The notes below the pieces were generated by a model, which ran no database searches, had not been told where the DNA came from, and saw nothing but the letters and a program-made list of their open reading frames with translations. The position numbers were made by a program, and so were the translations under genes. A DNA stretch of 14,980 nucleotides from a candidate division WOR-3 bacterium (GTDB lineage Bacteria > Hydrothermota > Hydrothermia > JBDRYB01): positions 1-14,980 of the forward strand of contig JBMFOM010000043.1 of NCBI GenBank assembly GCA_049969615.1. Reading direction: 5' to 3'. The stretch's first letter is position 1, and the number at the start of each line of letters is the position of its first letter. Positions 1 to 7,988 of the stretch are shown here, in pieces.

Positions 1-24
1 TATCCTTCTGGTCCTCTCCTTCAT
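1..24 (-). CDS. Possible 5' end of a gene running off the window (MKERTRRI...)
   Basis: ATG at 24 is open to the edge, with TATTCT 6 nt upstream. Only 8 codons are visible. Confidence 0.25.
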
Positions 25-192
25 ACCCAGAGAATAAGGCAAGTGGTCAATCAGGGGCCAGCTAGAGGCCAGCCGGGGAAAGGATCACATTTTTAAAAAC
101 CTCCTCAGGTTAGGCCAAAATTATGTAGAAAGATATAGACGGAATTCAACTATTCGCGCTATCCATAAGCAGACAACTTACCGGGACAGCCA

Positions 193-966
193 TCAAAAGG
201 AATGCTCTTCGTCCGGATAAATCCCCTCTTTGACCTCCCTGATGTAATCCTCAACGGCCTTTTTCAGGAGGCCCCAGCCATCCGCGTAGGTCTTCAGGAA
301 CTTTGGCCTGAACTCCGGGTTGAGGCCCAACATATCATACAGGACGAGAACCTGGCCGTCGCACCCTGGCCCAGCACCTATTCCAATTGTGGGAACGGGG
401 ATAGCATCGGTTATCTCCCTGGCAAGGGCCGCTGGAATCTTCTCAAGGACTATTGAAAAGGCCCCTGCTTCCGCAATGGCCCTTGCATCCTCAAGTATTG
501 CCCTGTCCTTCTGGAGCCTGAAGCCACCATAGGAGTGGACACGCTGGGGTAACATACCAACATGGCCCATTACCGGAATGCCCATTCCAGTCAGTTCTCG
601 GACCAGGGGAGCAAACTCAGCTCCGCCCTCAATCTTGACGGCCTCGGCCCCAGCCTTCAGAAAGGCAATAGCGGAGGCTATTCCCGATTCAGGCGCGGGC
701 TGATAAGAACCAAAAGGCATGTCTCCAACGACCAGGGCGTTTTTGACCCCCCTGGCCACGGCCCTGGTGTGCGTGAGCATCTCATCCAGGTTTATGGGCA
801 GTGTTGTAGGGTAGCCGTGGACAGTCATGGACGCGCTATCCCCGACCAGTATTATGTCAAGGCCAGCCTCATCCAAAAGCCTCGCAAAGGTGAAGTCATA
901 GGCTGTCAACGCGGTTATGCGTTGTTTGCCCTTCATTGAAACGATCTCAGGGACAGTTTTCTTCAT
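193..966 (-). CDS. panB: 3-methyl-2-oxobutanoate hydroxymethyltransferase (ketopantoate hydroxymethyltransferase)
   Basis: Motifs LTAYD, ILVGDS, GDMPFGSY, AVKIEGG, PVMGHVG and PTIGIGAG..CDGQVLV. Start moved to ATG 966, which has GGAGG upstream and overlaps the folK stop (ATGA). Confidence 0.97.
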   Translation of the reverse strand: MKKTVPEIVSMKGKQRITALTAYDFTFARLLDEAGLDIILVGDSASMTVHGYPTTLPINLDEMLTHTRAVARGVKNALVVGDMPFGSYQPAPESGIASAIAFLKAGAEAVKIEGGAEFAPLVRELTGMGIPVMGHVGMLPQRVHSYGGFRLQKDRAILEDARAIAEAGAFSIVLEKIPAALAREITDAIPVPTIGIGAGPGCDGQVLVLYDMLGLNPEFRPKFLKTYADGWGLLKKAVEDYIREVKEGIYPDEEHSF

Positions 967-1487
967 TTTGCCTCCTTTGGACATCCGGAATCCTCGGCGC
1001 GATCCGCACAAAGCGCCTCTGGCCCGGCAAAAATCCTCATCCTCTTGCCGTCGGGGCGTGGGTTCTTTATCTCATAACCAAGGGTAGGAGCACCAGCCGC
1101 GAAGAGTTCCTCAAGGGGCACTAGCACAAAAGACCTCTCGCCCATCCTCGGGTGAGGGATACTGAGATAATCCTCATCAATATGCGCATCCTGATAAAGG
1201 AGGATGTCCATATCAAGCTCGCGGGGCCCCCATCTCTCTGGTTCTCTTCTGAAGCCGGACTCGGCGGATTTCAATGCCAGGAGAAGCTCATTTGGACTCA
1301 TCTCCGTCTCAATTAGCACCACCGCGTTCAGGAACCAGGCCATCTCATCGCGGCCCCAAGGTTCGGTCTCATAAACAGATGAAACACGGGAAATCTTTCC
1401 GAGCTTTTTCAGTTCAGCTACGCCCCCTCTCAGGTTCATCAGCCTGTCTCCCATGTTTGAACCGATCCCTATGTATGCGAGCTTCAT
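963..1487 (-). CDS. folK: 2-amino-4-hydroxy-6-hydroxymethyldihydropteridine diphosphokinase (HPPK)
   Basis: Motifs YIGIGSNMGDR, SSVYETEPWG, FLNAVV, RWGPRELDMDILLY and IPHPRM.ERSFVLVPL. folK-panB adjacency is common. Confidence 0.96.
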   Translation of the reverse strand: MKLAYIGIGSNMGDRLMNLRGGVAELKKLGKISRVSSVYETEPWGRDEMAWFLNAVVLIETEMSPNELLLALKSAESGFRREPERWGPRELDMDILLYQDAHIDEDYLSIPHPRMGERSFVLVPLEELFAAGAPTLGYEIKNPRPDGKRMRIFAGPEALCADRAEDSGCPKEAK

Positions 1488-1543
1488 CTGTAAAAAGGCT
1501 GTTTGCCGTTCAGTCGCTGGCTAGAACGAGGGACCGTCTTCAT
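1484..1543 (-). CDS. Putative 19-aa bridging ORF (MKTVPRSSQRLNGKQPFYR)
   Basis: Hand translation: its ATG (1543) overlaps the regulator's TGA, and its TGA (1486-1484) overlaps the folK ATG. Both overlaps are ATGA. No homology evidence. Confidence 0.4.
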   Translation of the reverse strand: MKTVPRSSQRLNGKQPFYR

Positions 1544-3009
1544 TTTTCCACCCTGATCAAAGGCAGGGCCATCTCCTCAAGGCTTATACCGCCGTGAAAA
1601 ACACCGCCCCTGTAATGACGTTCATATTTTCTGGGATCGGTTGAATAAACCAGGAAAGAATATCCGGTCGCCAGGAGAAGCCGGTGTGCTCCGGGAATCA
1701 CTGGCAAGCCCCAGTCAACAAGCTCCTTTACTATAATACCGGAGTTCTGAACCAGCCTCACCGAATCCCCGAACTTGTATCTGAGACCGGGGGTGAGGTC
1801 ACCCCCGCCGTGGATGACTGTAGGCCTCTCTGCCATCACCCAACCATGATCCGATGTTATAAAAACCGTGTAATTGTTATCAACAGCGGCCTTGACCTTG
1901 GAGGCAAGCTCGGACTCCTTGAGGAGAAATTCGCCCCAATGGAGCAGAGAATCAACGCTCTCGCCGAGTGCCTTGAGGACATCAAGTTCATGCCGTAGGT
2001 GAAGCATGAGGTCAACGAAGTTGATTATATAGACCTGAAGGCGCTTGTCCGAAAATGAGAGACGCTTCAGATCTTCAAAGGTGTTGAGTTTTCTGTATGT
2101 GAAATCAAGGCCAGCAAGACCAGCCGCGGAAAGATTCTCGGAAAGGAGTGTCTGCTCGTTCTGATTGTCATCAAGCCATCCCGGATGCCTCGCGTGAATG
2201 TCTCTGGGGAGCTGGCCGGCGAATATCGCGTTCCTTGAGAACCCGGTCGCGGATGGGAGTATGCACATGTAATCAGTGGTCTGTACCCTCAGATCAGATG
2301 AGAGGGTGGTCAAAAAGGAAGCGAACTGATCAAGCCTGAAACAATCAACAAGGAAGAAAACTGCCCTGCCGCCGTTCCTGAGGATGGGGAATAGGTGACG
2401 CTCAAGGATGTTGTGGGAGAAGTTGTGTCCCGCAGAAAGCAGGTCGGGATAGTTTCTCATCACCCACCTGGCGAACTCCTCGTTCGCTGATGAAAGAGCC
2501 TCCTCAAGCGTATCGCGATCCTCCCCAGCTATTCTCATCCTGGTCTCCATGAGCAATCTGGCCTTTACGAGCCAGCCCTGATATGTCTCCGGTAGTGAAG
2601 AGAGGGTCTTGAATATGTCCGAGAGCTCCCTGCCTAGTTTTCTACGCTTTATCTCCTCTAATGATGCCTTCTTAGCAATAACGACTATTTGGGAGGGTTG
2701 GACGGGTTTTATGACAAAGTCAAAGGCCTCCGCGGCTACGGCCCCCTCCATTATCTCCCTGTCGGACATCATGGTGACCATTGCCACTGGCACATGGGGA
2801 GCCATGCGTTTTATTTCTCTGAGGAGCGTAAGGCCATCAACCCCAGGCATCCTGTAATCCAGCAATATCAGGTTAAAGCTCTCTCTAGCCAGGGCCTCAA
2901 GGGCCTCCGGGGCAGATGCGGCTGTTTTGACAGAAAGCCCCTCTGATTCAAGAAAAAGGAGGTGGCTCTTGAATTGGTCTATCTCATCGTCAACCCAAAG
3001 TATCTTCAC
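1540..3009 (-). CDS. PorX-like response regulator: receiver domain plus PglZ/alkaline-phosphatase-family domain
   Basis: Receiver motifs ILWVDDE, LLDYRMPGVDG, VTM and KP. C-terminal motifs DCFRLDQ, LPSATGFSRNAIFAG, NFVD...H, TSDHG and HGGISLEEM parallel PorX. GTG 3009 (MKILWVDD) chosen as start; the longer ORF runs into the promoter and repeat. Confidence 0.88.
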   Translation of the reverse strand: MKILWVDDEIDQFKSHLLFLESEGLSVKTAASAPEALEALARESFNLILLDYRMPGVDGLTLLREIKRMAPHVPVAMVTMMSDREIMEGAVAAEAFDFVIKPVQPSQIVVIAKKASLEEIKRRKLGRELSDIFKTLSSLPETYQGWLVKARLLMETRMRIAGEDRDTLEEALSSANEEFARWVMRNYPDLLSAGHNFSHNILERHLFPILRNGGRAVFFLVDCFRLDQFASFLTTLSSDLRVQTTDYMCILPSATGFSRNAIFAGQLPRDIHARHPGWLDDNQNEQTLLSENLSAAGLAGLDFTYRKLNTFEDLKRLSFSDKRLQVYIINFVDLMLHLRHELDVLKALGESVDSLLHWGEFLLKESELASKVKAAVDNNYTVFITSDHGWVMAERPTVIHGGGDLTPGLRYKFGDSVRLVQNSGIIVKELVDWGLPVIPGAHRLLLATGYSFLVYSTDPRKYERHYRGGVFHGGISLEEMALPLIRVEK

Positions 3010-3016
3010 TATTACT

Positions 3017-3046
3017 AGGATAAAGCAACAGCAATGCCTGGCGCAA
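3017..3046 (-). promoter_or_regulatory. Putative sigma70-type promoter of the porX-like/folK/panB unit
   Basis: TTGCGC(3046-3041)-N18-TATCCT(3022-3017)-N7-GTG; no SD. Confidence 0.5.
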
Positions 3047-3058
3047 GAATAAATATCA

Positions 3059-3244
3059 TGAAACCCCCGATCCGACGCGTCTTTCGTCCTCATCTGGGAG
3101 CCTCATAATATCTAGAAGAGAACCTGAGGAAATGCCATTGTGGTGGGATTTTTCAGGAGGCCCCTCTTAGAACCCTATTCCCTTTGAGGAAGTGCTCCTC
3201 CCCCAAACCAGTAGGTTATTACTACCTTATCAGGGGTCTCTCCT
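3059..3244 (-). repeat. Dispersed intergenic element, copy A
   Basis: Collinear with the reverse complement of 11238-11399. Includes a 21-nt exact block (3086-3106 = 11379-11359), a 14-nt exact block (3127-3140 = 11337-11324) and several 6-9 nt blocks. Confidence 0.85.
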
Positions 3245-3275
3245 TGATAATTAAAGGCTCACAACTCAGTGTAAA

Positions 3276-3289
3276 TTCCGAGCTCGGAA
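3276..3289. other. Perfect 14-bp palindrome TTCCGAGCTCGGAA (possible weak terminator of the TPR gene, or a protein-binding site)
   Basis: Self-complementary; about 25 nt downstream of the stop codon; followed only by TTT on the minus strand. Confidence 0.4.
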
Positions 3290-3313
3290 ACCTCTAAACC
3301 GGTAAGGGCCAGT

Positions 3314-4180
3314 CTATTCGTTCCTCTCCACGCCCTTCTGGGCCCACCTGTTGCCGGGATCCCAGGAGAGTATCTTCTTCCACTCGGCCAAGGCCTTGGC
3401 CGGCTCGCCTGAGTCCTCGTAAGCCAATGCCTTGCGCTCTGTTTTTACTATCTTGGCATAGAAAGCGGCTTTAGCATTATTGGGGTCCATCTTCAATATC
3501 TGGTTCGCTAGACTGAGCGTCTTGTCAAGGTCGTGGGCATTTCTGTAGGTGGATTCAAGCTCTTTCTCCATCTTCAGAACCTCTGCGTTGGACGAGGGAG
3601 TCCCGGATGAGGCGCTCGTGCCGGACTTCGTGTCGCCAGACTTGCCGACACCGAGCTGTTCTCCAGTGCCTATCTTCAACTGAGGTCCGCCACCCAACCC
3701 GAGATCAGAACCCGAACCACCAATGCCTTCGCCTGGCTTGATCTTTATGTCAAGGCCGCCGGATGACGACAGATCAACTGCTGGCTTTATCTCCGGGAAA
3801 TCGGATTTGCCACCTGATGTAGGTTTGATCCCCCCAGGGCTGGGATTTATTTTGCTCGTTGTATCTGCAGTGGCAGTGGCGGTCGCGGTGGATTCTGTGA
3901 AGAGGCGAGCCGTTGTATCCCTCATCGGTTTGGTAGTGGAATCCTTTCTGGCAAAGGTCTTGCCGGCTGTATCCATCTGGATAGCCTCACCGGGACCGGG
4001 AACCCTGATGCCGGTCTTAGGTTTGAGGGTATCAGCCCCTTTGGTCTGGCCAAAGATGTTTATCTCACCACCACTGACAGAGTATTTTCCCTTGGCCGCC
4101 TGAATCCCAAAATAAGCCACAAAGCCAGCCCCAAGAAAGATCAGGTAGATAACTATACCTCTTTTCAGGCGCCGTTTCAT
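3314..4180 (-). CDS. Membrane-anchored protein with low-complexity G/S/T linker and C-terminal TPR-like repeats
   Basis: Basic N-terminus MKRRLKR plus one TM helix, then a G/S/T/P-rich linker. Two TPR-like units (ILKMDPNNAKA; ALAEWKKILSWDPGNRWA). Start is ATG 4180 or GTG 4183. Confidence 0.75.
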   Translation of the reverse strand: MKRRLKRGIVIYLIFLGAGFVAYFGIQAAKGKYSVSGGEINIFGQTKGADTLKPKTGIRVPGPGEAIQMDTAGKTFARKDSTTKPMRDTTARLFTESTATATATADTTSKINPSPGGIKPTSGGKSDFPEIKPAVDLSSSGGLDIKIKPGEGIGGSGSDLGLGGGPQLKIGTGEQLGVGKSGDTKSGTSASSGTPSSNAEVLKMEKELESTYRNAHDLDKTLSLANQILKMDPNNAKAAFYAKIVKTERKALAYEDSGEPAKALAEWKKILSWDPGNRWAQKGVERNE

Positions 4181-4187
4181 CACATTT

Positions 4188-4219
4188 ATATTATTAAGGT
4201 TTTTCTCGTGGAAAATCAA
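4188..4219 (-). promoter_or_regulatory. Putative promoter of the TPR gene
   Basis: TTGATT(4219-4214), then AT-rich TAATAATAT(4196-4188) ending 7 nt before ATG 4180; no SD. Spacing is less clean than at the other promoters. Confidence 0.4.
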
Positions 4220-4255
4220 GGCCTAGGCCCCTGAGTTTTTCGGAGATCAAACAGC

Positions 4256-5584
4256 CTAATAGCCGAGGGCCTTGATGTAGAGAGGCAAACCCTCGCAGAA
4301 GCCCTCGGTCCAGAGAACAGGCCTCCCCTCCCCATCCAGAAGGATGACCGAGGGCAATTTCTCCGAACCCAGGGTTAACCTGAGTGTGTCTGGAGAAATG
4401 GCCAGGCCCTTCCCCGCCCCGACCCCGATCACATAAACCATCGGACTCGCAAGATTCTCAAGATGTTTCTTGGTTCTATACGAACCCTCATCTTCACCCA
4501 GGAAAGCAACGATCGCCGGGTATTTCAGCAGATCATTGAGCCACCGCCCATCAGAAAGCCTGATCCGGGGCAGGCAATCAAGGGGTCTAGCCATGATGTC
4601 TTTGGGGTTTATGTCCTCTGGCGGGATACCAGTTTCCAAGGTAAGGGAGAGCTCCTCGCGTGGCTTGATCTTGAATTCCCTGATCCGGACAAAGGGTTCT
4701 CCGGCCGCGTTCCTCCTAGCCCATGTGAGCATGTAGTTTCCGGGCACTAGATGAAAAAACCAGGAATCCCCATCGTTCGGAACTGAGCCATCCTCAAGTG
4801 GCCACCATAGGTCATCCAGGGGTTCCCAGCACCATGATTCCCACTTCTGGACAGAGAAACCCTCAAAGGAGGTGTCCGGCTGTCCGAACAGGGTAAAGCT
4901 GAGTCTGAGAAGGCCCGTCTTGGCATATCTATCTGTTGCCTGGACCCATCCGAAACCTTTCTGGACAACTACCATGCTGATCTCCTTCGGTTTCTCAAGA
5001 TACAGGGGATACCAGGAACCGTGGTCATAATACTCAACCCACACAGAGGAAGGGGAAGGGCAACTGGCAAGCCTTGCCGGGAAACCCTTCGCCCTAAGCG
5101 CGGCCACCAGAAGAACCGCGCGCTCGGTATTTGAACCCTTGCCTTTGCGAAGTATGGTAAGAGGCGAGGGAAATGGCCCAAAGAAATACCTCGTGGTGTC
5201 AAGTTTAACGAGTTTATCAAGCCTCTTCTTGATTGCCTTTGGATCATGGCAATCCGAAAATGCTTCTTTCAGCGGCCCACGCCAGCTCTCACAGGGTTCA
5301 TCCCATATCCTGTAGGACAAGAGGTAATCCCGGAATATTGTATCCGGAATGTCGGCACGGAGATCGTTGGCGAGGAATATGTGATCCAGGAGACATTCTC
5401 CGGTCATCTCAAGCCTATCAAGGTGGGGCATATTAACAACTAGCCAGGAGGCCTGATCCGCAAAACCACCAGCGCGCGCAATAGCGCCTTCAAGCTCCGG
5501 CCTGTTTTTGCCAGCATCTGCCAGGGCTGAGTCCAGCTCTGATTGAGAGACATCAAATAAACCGGCAACGAGAATCGCGATCAT
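4256..5584 (-). CDS. Transglutaminase-like domain protein, probably inactive, with C-terminal thioredoxin-like region lacking CxxC
   Basis: GKGSNTERAVLLVAALRAKGFPAR..VWVEYY..GSW parallels the neighbour's GWGRCEEM..ALRAVGVPAR..HAWTEIY..GVW without the Cys and His. C-terminal LPSVILLDGEGRPV. ATG 5584 overlaps the upstream TGA. Confidence 0.75.
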   Translation of the reverse strand: MIAILVAGLFDVSQSELDSALADAGKNRPELEGAIARAGGFADQASWLVVNMPHLDRLEMTGECLLDHIFLANDLRADIPDTIFRDYLLSYRIWDEPCESWRGPLKEAFSDCHDPKAIKKRLDKLVKLDTTRYFFGPFPSPLTILRKGKGSNTERAVLLVAALRAKGFPARLASCPSPSSVWVEYYDHGSWYPLYLEKPKEISMVVVQKGFGWVQATDRYAKTGLLRLSFTLFGQPDTSFEGFSVQKWESWCWEPLDDLWWPLEDGSVPNDGDSWFFHLVPGNYMLTWARRNAAGEPFVRIREFKIKPREELSLTLETGIPPEDINPKDIMARPLDCLPRIRLSDGRWLNDLLKYPAIVAFLGEDEGSYRTKKHLENLASPMVYVIGVGAGKGLAISPDTLRLTLGSEKLPSVILLDGEGRPVLWTEGFCEGLPLYIKALGY

Positions 5585-6579
5585 CTTTCTGTCTCCGGAT
5601 ACCTGAGCCAAAAAGCATTGGGGAGCCTCTTTTTGTCCGTGGGTTTGAGCCGGGTTGTGTCGCCCCTAACCTCAATCAGGGTGGAAAAATTCCTGCCAGA
5701 AAGGACATAGTCCCCGGGCCCAACATCGCATCTGGCAATTCCATCCTTTCCGGCAACCAGAACGGCCACTGGCCTCAAAGCGCCGTAATTGAATACGGAG
5801 AGCGCGAGGCTATCCCCGGGCCTTGATTCAACCAAAAGACAGGATACATCCCTGTAGTTATGGGTGGAGTTGAAAAGGGTGTAATCCGCGCCGACCCTGT
5901 AGATACCAGGGCCAGTAGAATTACCCAAACCAACCGAAAGCACAATAGTGGAGCGCCTTGCTGGGCCGGAGAACCACGCGGAGCAGAGAGAATCCGCGGG
6001 TTCGCAACTACCGGCGTATTTCCAGACACCGTCAACATATATCTCTGTCCAGGCATGATTTGATTCGGTGAAGGGCCACCACGGCGTGTATGCCTCCCTG
6101 GCAGGAACGCCAACGGCTCTGAGCGCGCATATGTAGAAAATCGTCATTTCCTCACACCTTCCCCATCCTGAGCGCCAGGTCTCAAGCGGCCCCTGATCCC
6201 TGCGTTGATTTGGCCTATATTTTATCCGTTCCCCGCACCATCTGTTGACCGCTATGGCCACCTCCTCGGCAGACCCGAGGCCAGCAACAATTGGCCTGAG
6301 GGAATCCAGCAGAAAACCACGCCAGTCCTCAGGGGGTTCCTGAGAAACGGTTGGAGGAAGGACATACCGGATGAAAACCGAGTCCGGGACGCTCCTGGCC
6401 CAGGGGAATTCATCCCTGGCCACAAACGCCAGCTCAAGGTTTCTCAAAAAAAGCCTCTCACCCATTGCCTCAAGCAGTGCGGGAGACAGGCTCCTTACAA
6501 GATAGTCCGCGGCCTCCCTTCTCTCGGGCAGAAGGGTATCCGGAAGCTCAAAGAGTCCAAGCAGTAAGAAGAGGTTCAT
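5581..6579 (-). CDS. Transglutaminase-like (cysteine protease fold) protein with catalytic Cys and His
   Basis: Motifs GRCEE, ALRAVGVPAR, NHAWTEIYVDGVW..GSCEP and F.RYVLPP.V..EP.EDWR are typical of bacterial transglutaminase-like proteins. Short hydrophobic N-terminus. Confidence 0.88.
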   Translation of the reverse strand: MNLFLLLGLFELPDTLLPERREAADYLVRSLSPALLEAMGERLFLRNLELAFVARDEFPWARSVPDSVFIRYVLPPTVSQEPPEDWRGFLLDSLRPIVAGLGSAEEVAIAVNRWCGERIKYRPNQRRDQGPLETWRSGWGRCEEMTIFYICALRAVGVPAREAYTPWWPFTESNHAWTEIYVDGVWKYAGSCEPADSLCSAWFSGPARRSTIVLSVGLGNSTGPGIYRVGADYTLFNSTHNYRDVSCLLVESRPGDSLALSVFNYGALRPVAVLVAGKDGIARCDVGPGDYVLSGRNFSTLIEVRGDTTRLKPTDKKRLPNAFWLRYPETER

Positions 6580-7988
6580 GTCTCTCCAATTTCTCTCTTT
6601 CTATAATAATACAGCGCGGCGAGGAGGCCCCCGAGGCCCCAGAATATCGTTCCGGCTATGTGTTCTATCCAGACCCAGTAATAGACGGTCATGCCAATGA
6701 ATGAAACTGCTGGTACAACAAAGGAAAAGATCATTGCCCTTTCGTCTCCATCCGTGGCCATCCTGAAGCATGGAATGACAAGCCAGGCAACCCCAATCGC
6801 TATAGTCATGTATAGCGCGACCCCCAGATACCCGGTCTCATACATGGACACGGTCAGCTGGCCAACTACTGCCGCGAATGTCGTCTGGTTGACAGGTATT
6901 GAAACGAACTTGCTGAGGATTATTGAACCAAGGCCATACCCACCGAGGAGGCCCGGAAGCCCCTTCACTGCCAGATAGGCGTGAGTTATCTTGGGTGCGA
7001 CGAAACGCCCCACATGTTCAACCGCATAAACCCTTTCCTGGTTATAAAGCCCCCACACGAAGGTTATGAACAGCCTGTGATATAGTTTGTTAAGGGAAGG
7101 CACGGTAAGCACAGCAAAAGCAAGGGATACAGAGGTTATTCCTAGCGCGAGAAGGCCTTTTTTGAGACTGGGCCAGAGTTTTTCCCCCGCGATTGCCGAA
7201 AAAACAACGGAGGAGATGATGAGGACTCCGGCAAGAACTGGATAAAAATAGAACACGGCCCTTATGCCGCTCATCACGGGTATCACGAGGAATATTCCGG
7301 ATACAACTATGAGGAGAGGCAGATTGACCTTCCTGGTGTAGAGGTATAGGCCATAAACAAAAGCGGTTGCCCAGAGGAGGAGAAAGGTTATCTCTGGGCC
7401 TCCCGGCGTAAGGCCACGGACATTGTCGCTCATGCCGTGAATGCGATAATGCCAGAAAGCAACCGGAACCTGTATCCAGACAAGGGCAAAGACAAACCAA
7501 AACGCGGCCTTTATGGTTTTGGTGTCCAAATCAAGGTTGGCAATGGCATAGAAAAACAGGATAAACATGCCCATCTGCCTGAGCTTCATCAGGAAATTCA
7601 TCACAGGAACCTGGTTTATGCTTGCGGAAACTGAGACCAGGATGAACCACAGAACCATCGGGATAAAAGCAAATGTGAAGTTAAAGCGCCCCTCCACAGC
7701 CTTTGAGAGAATAGCCCTGGCGAACAAAGCGAGTATAAGGAGGTCCATTATGTGCCTTGAGGATTCTATGGTGGGGATATACTGCCTCACGAAGTCATGG
7801 TATATGATGGAGAAGAAAAATACCAGGAACACGGTAGCCTTTGGGTTCAGAAATGCTAGGATGAGGATGGGACCCCCTATTATCAGAGTGACCAGGGTTG
7901 TGTTTTCGGTGGCCAGGCCGGCCCCTCCCAGAACAGCCAGAAGGGCCATAGTGATGCCAATGATTATCCTGAACCACCTCTCTTTCAT
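6576..7988 (-). CDS. Polytopic membrane protein, Wzy polymerase / O-antigen ligase-like
   Basis: About 12 hydrophobic segments. A late extracytoplasmic loop has GR..., LLGGYGLGS and YETGYLG, resembling the Wzy_C/WaaL family. Coupled to a glycosyltransferase gene. Confidence 0.65.
   Translation of the reverse strand: MKERWFRIIIGITMALLAVLGGAGLATENTTLVTLIIGGPILILAFLNPKATVFLVFFFSIIYHDFVRQYIPTIESSRHIMDLLILALFARAILSKAVEGRFNFTFAFIPMVLWFILVSVSASINQVPVMNFLMKLRQMGMFILFFYAIANLDLDTKTIKAAFWFVFALVWIQVPVAFWHYRIHGMSDNVRGLTPGGPEITFLLLWATAFVYGLYLYTRKVNLPLLIVVSGIFLVIPVMSGIRAVFYFYPVLAGVLIISSVVFSAIAGEKLWPSLKKGLLALGITSVSLAFAVLTVPSLNKLYHRLFITFVWGLYNQERVYAVEHVGRFVAPKITHAYLAVKGLPGLLGGYGLGSIILSKFVSIPVNQTTFAAVVGQLTVSMYETGYLGVALYMTIAIGVAWLVIPCFRMATDGDERAMIFSFVVPAVSFIGMTVYYWVWIEHIAGTIFWGLGGLLAALYYYRKREIGET

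Noticed and set aside
1540-3009. BREX phage-defence system suggested by the PglZ domain
   Set aside because: PglZ is fused to a receiver domain as in PorX, and no brxC, pglX or brxL gene is nearby.
3082-3110. Hammerhead-like string ATGAG...TGAGGACGAAA on the minus strand of repeat copy A
   Set aside because: The invariant CUGA is missing (ATTATGA or CAGATGA instead), copy B lacks the GAAA, and I found no convincing stems I/III.
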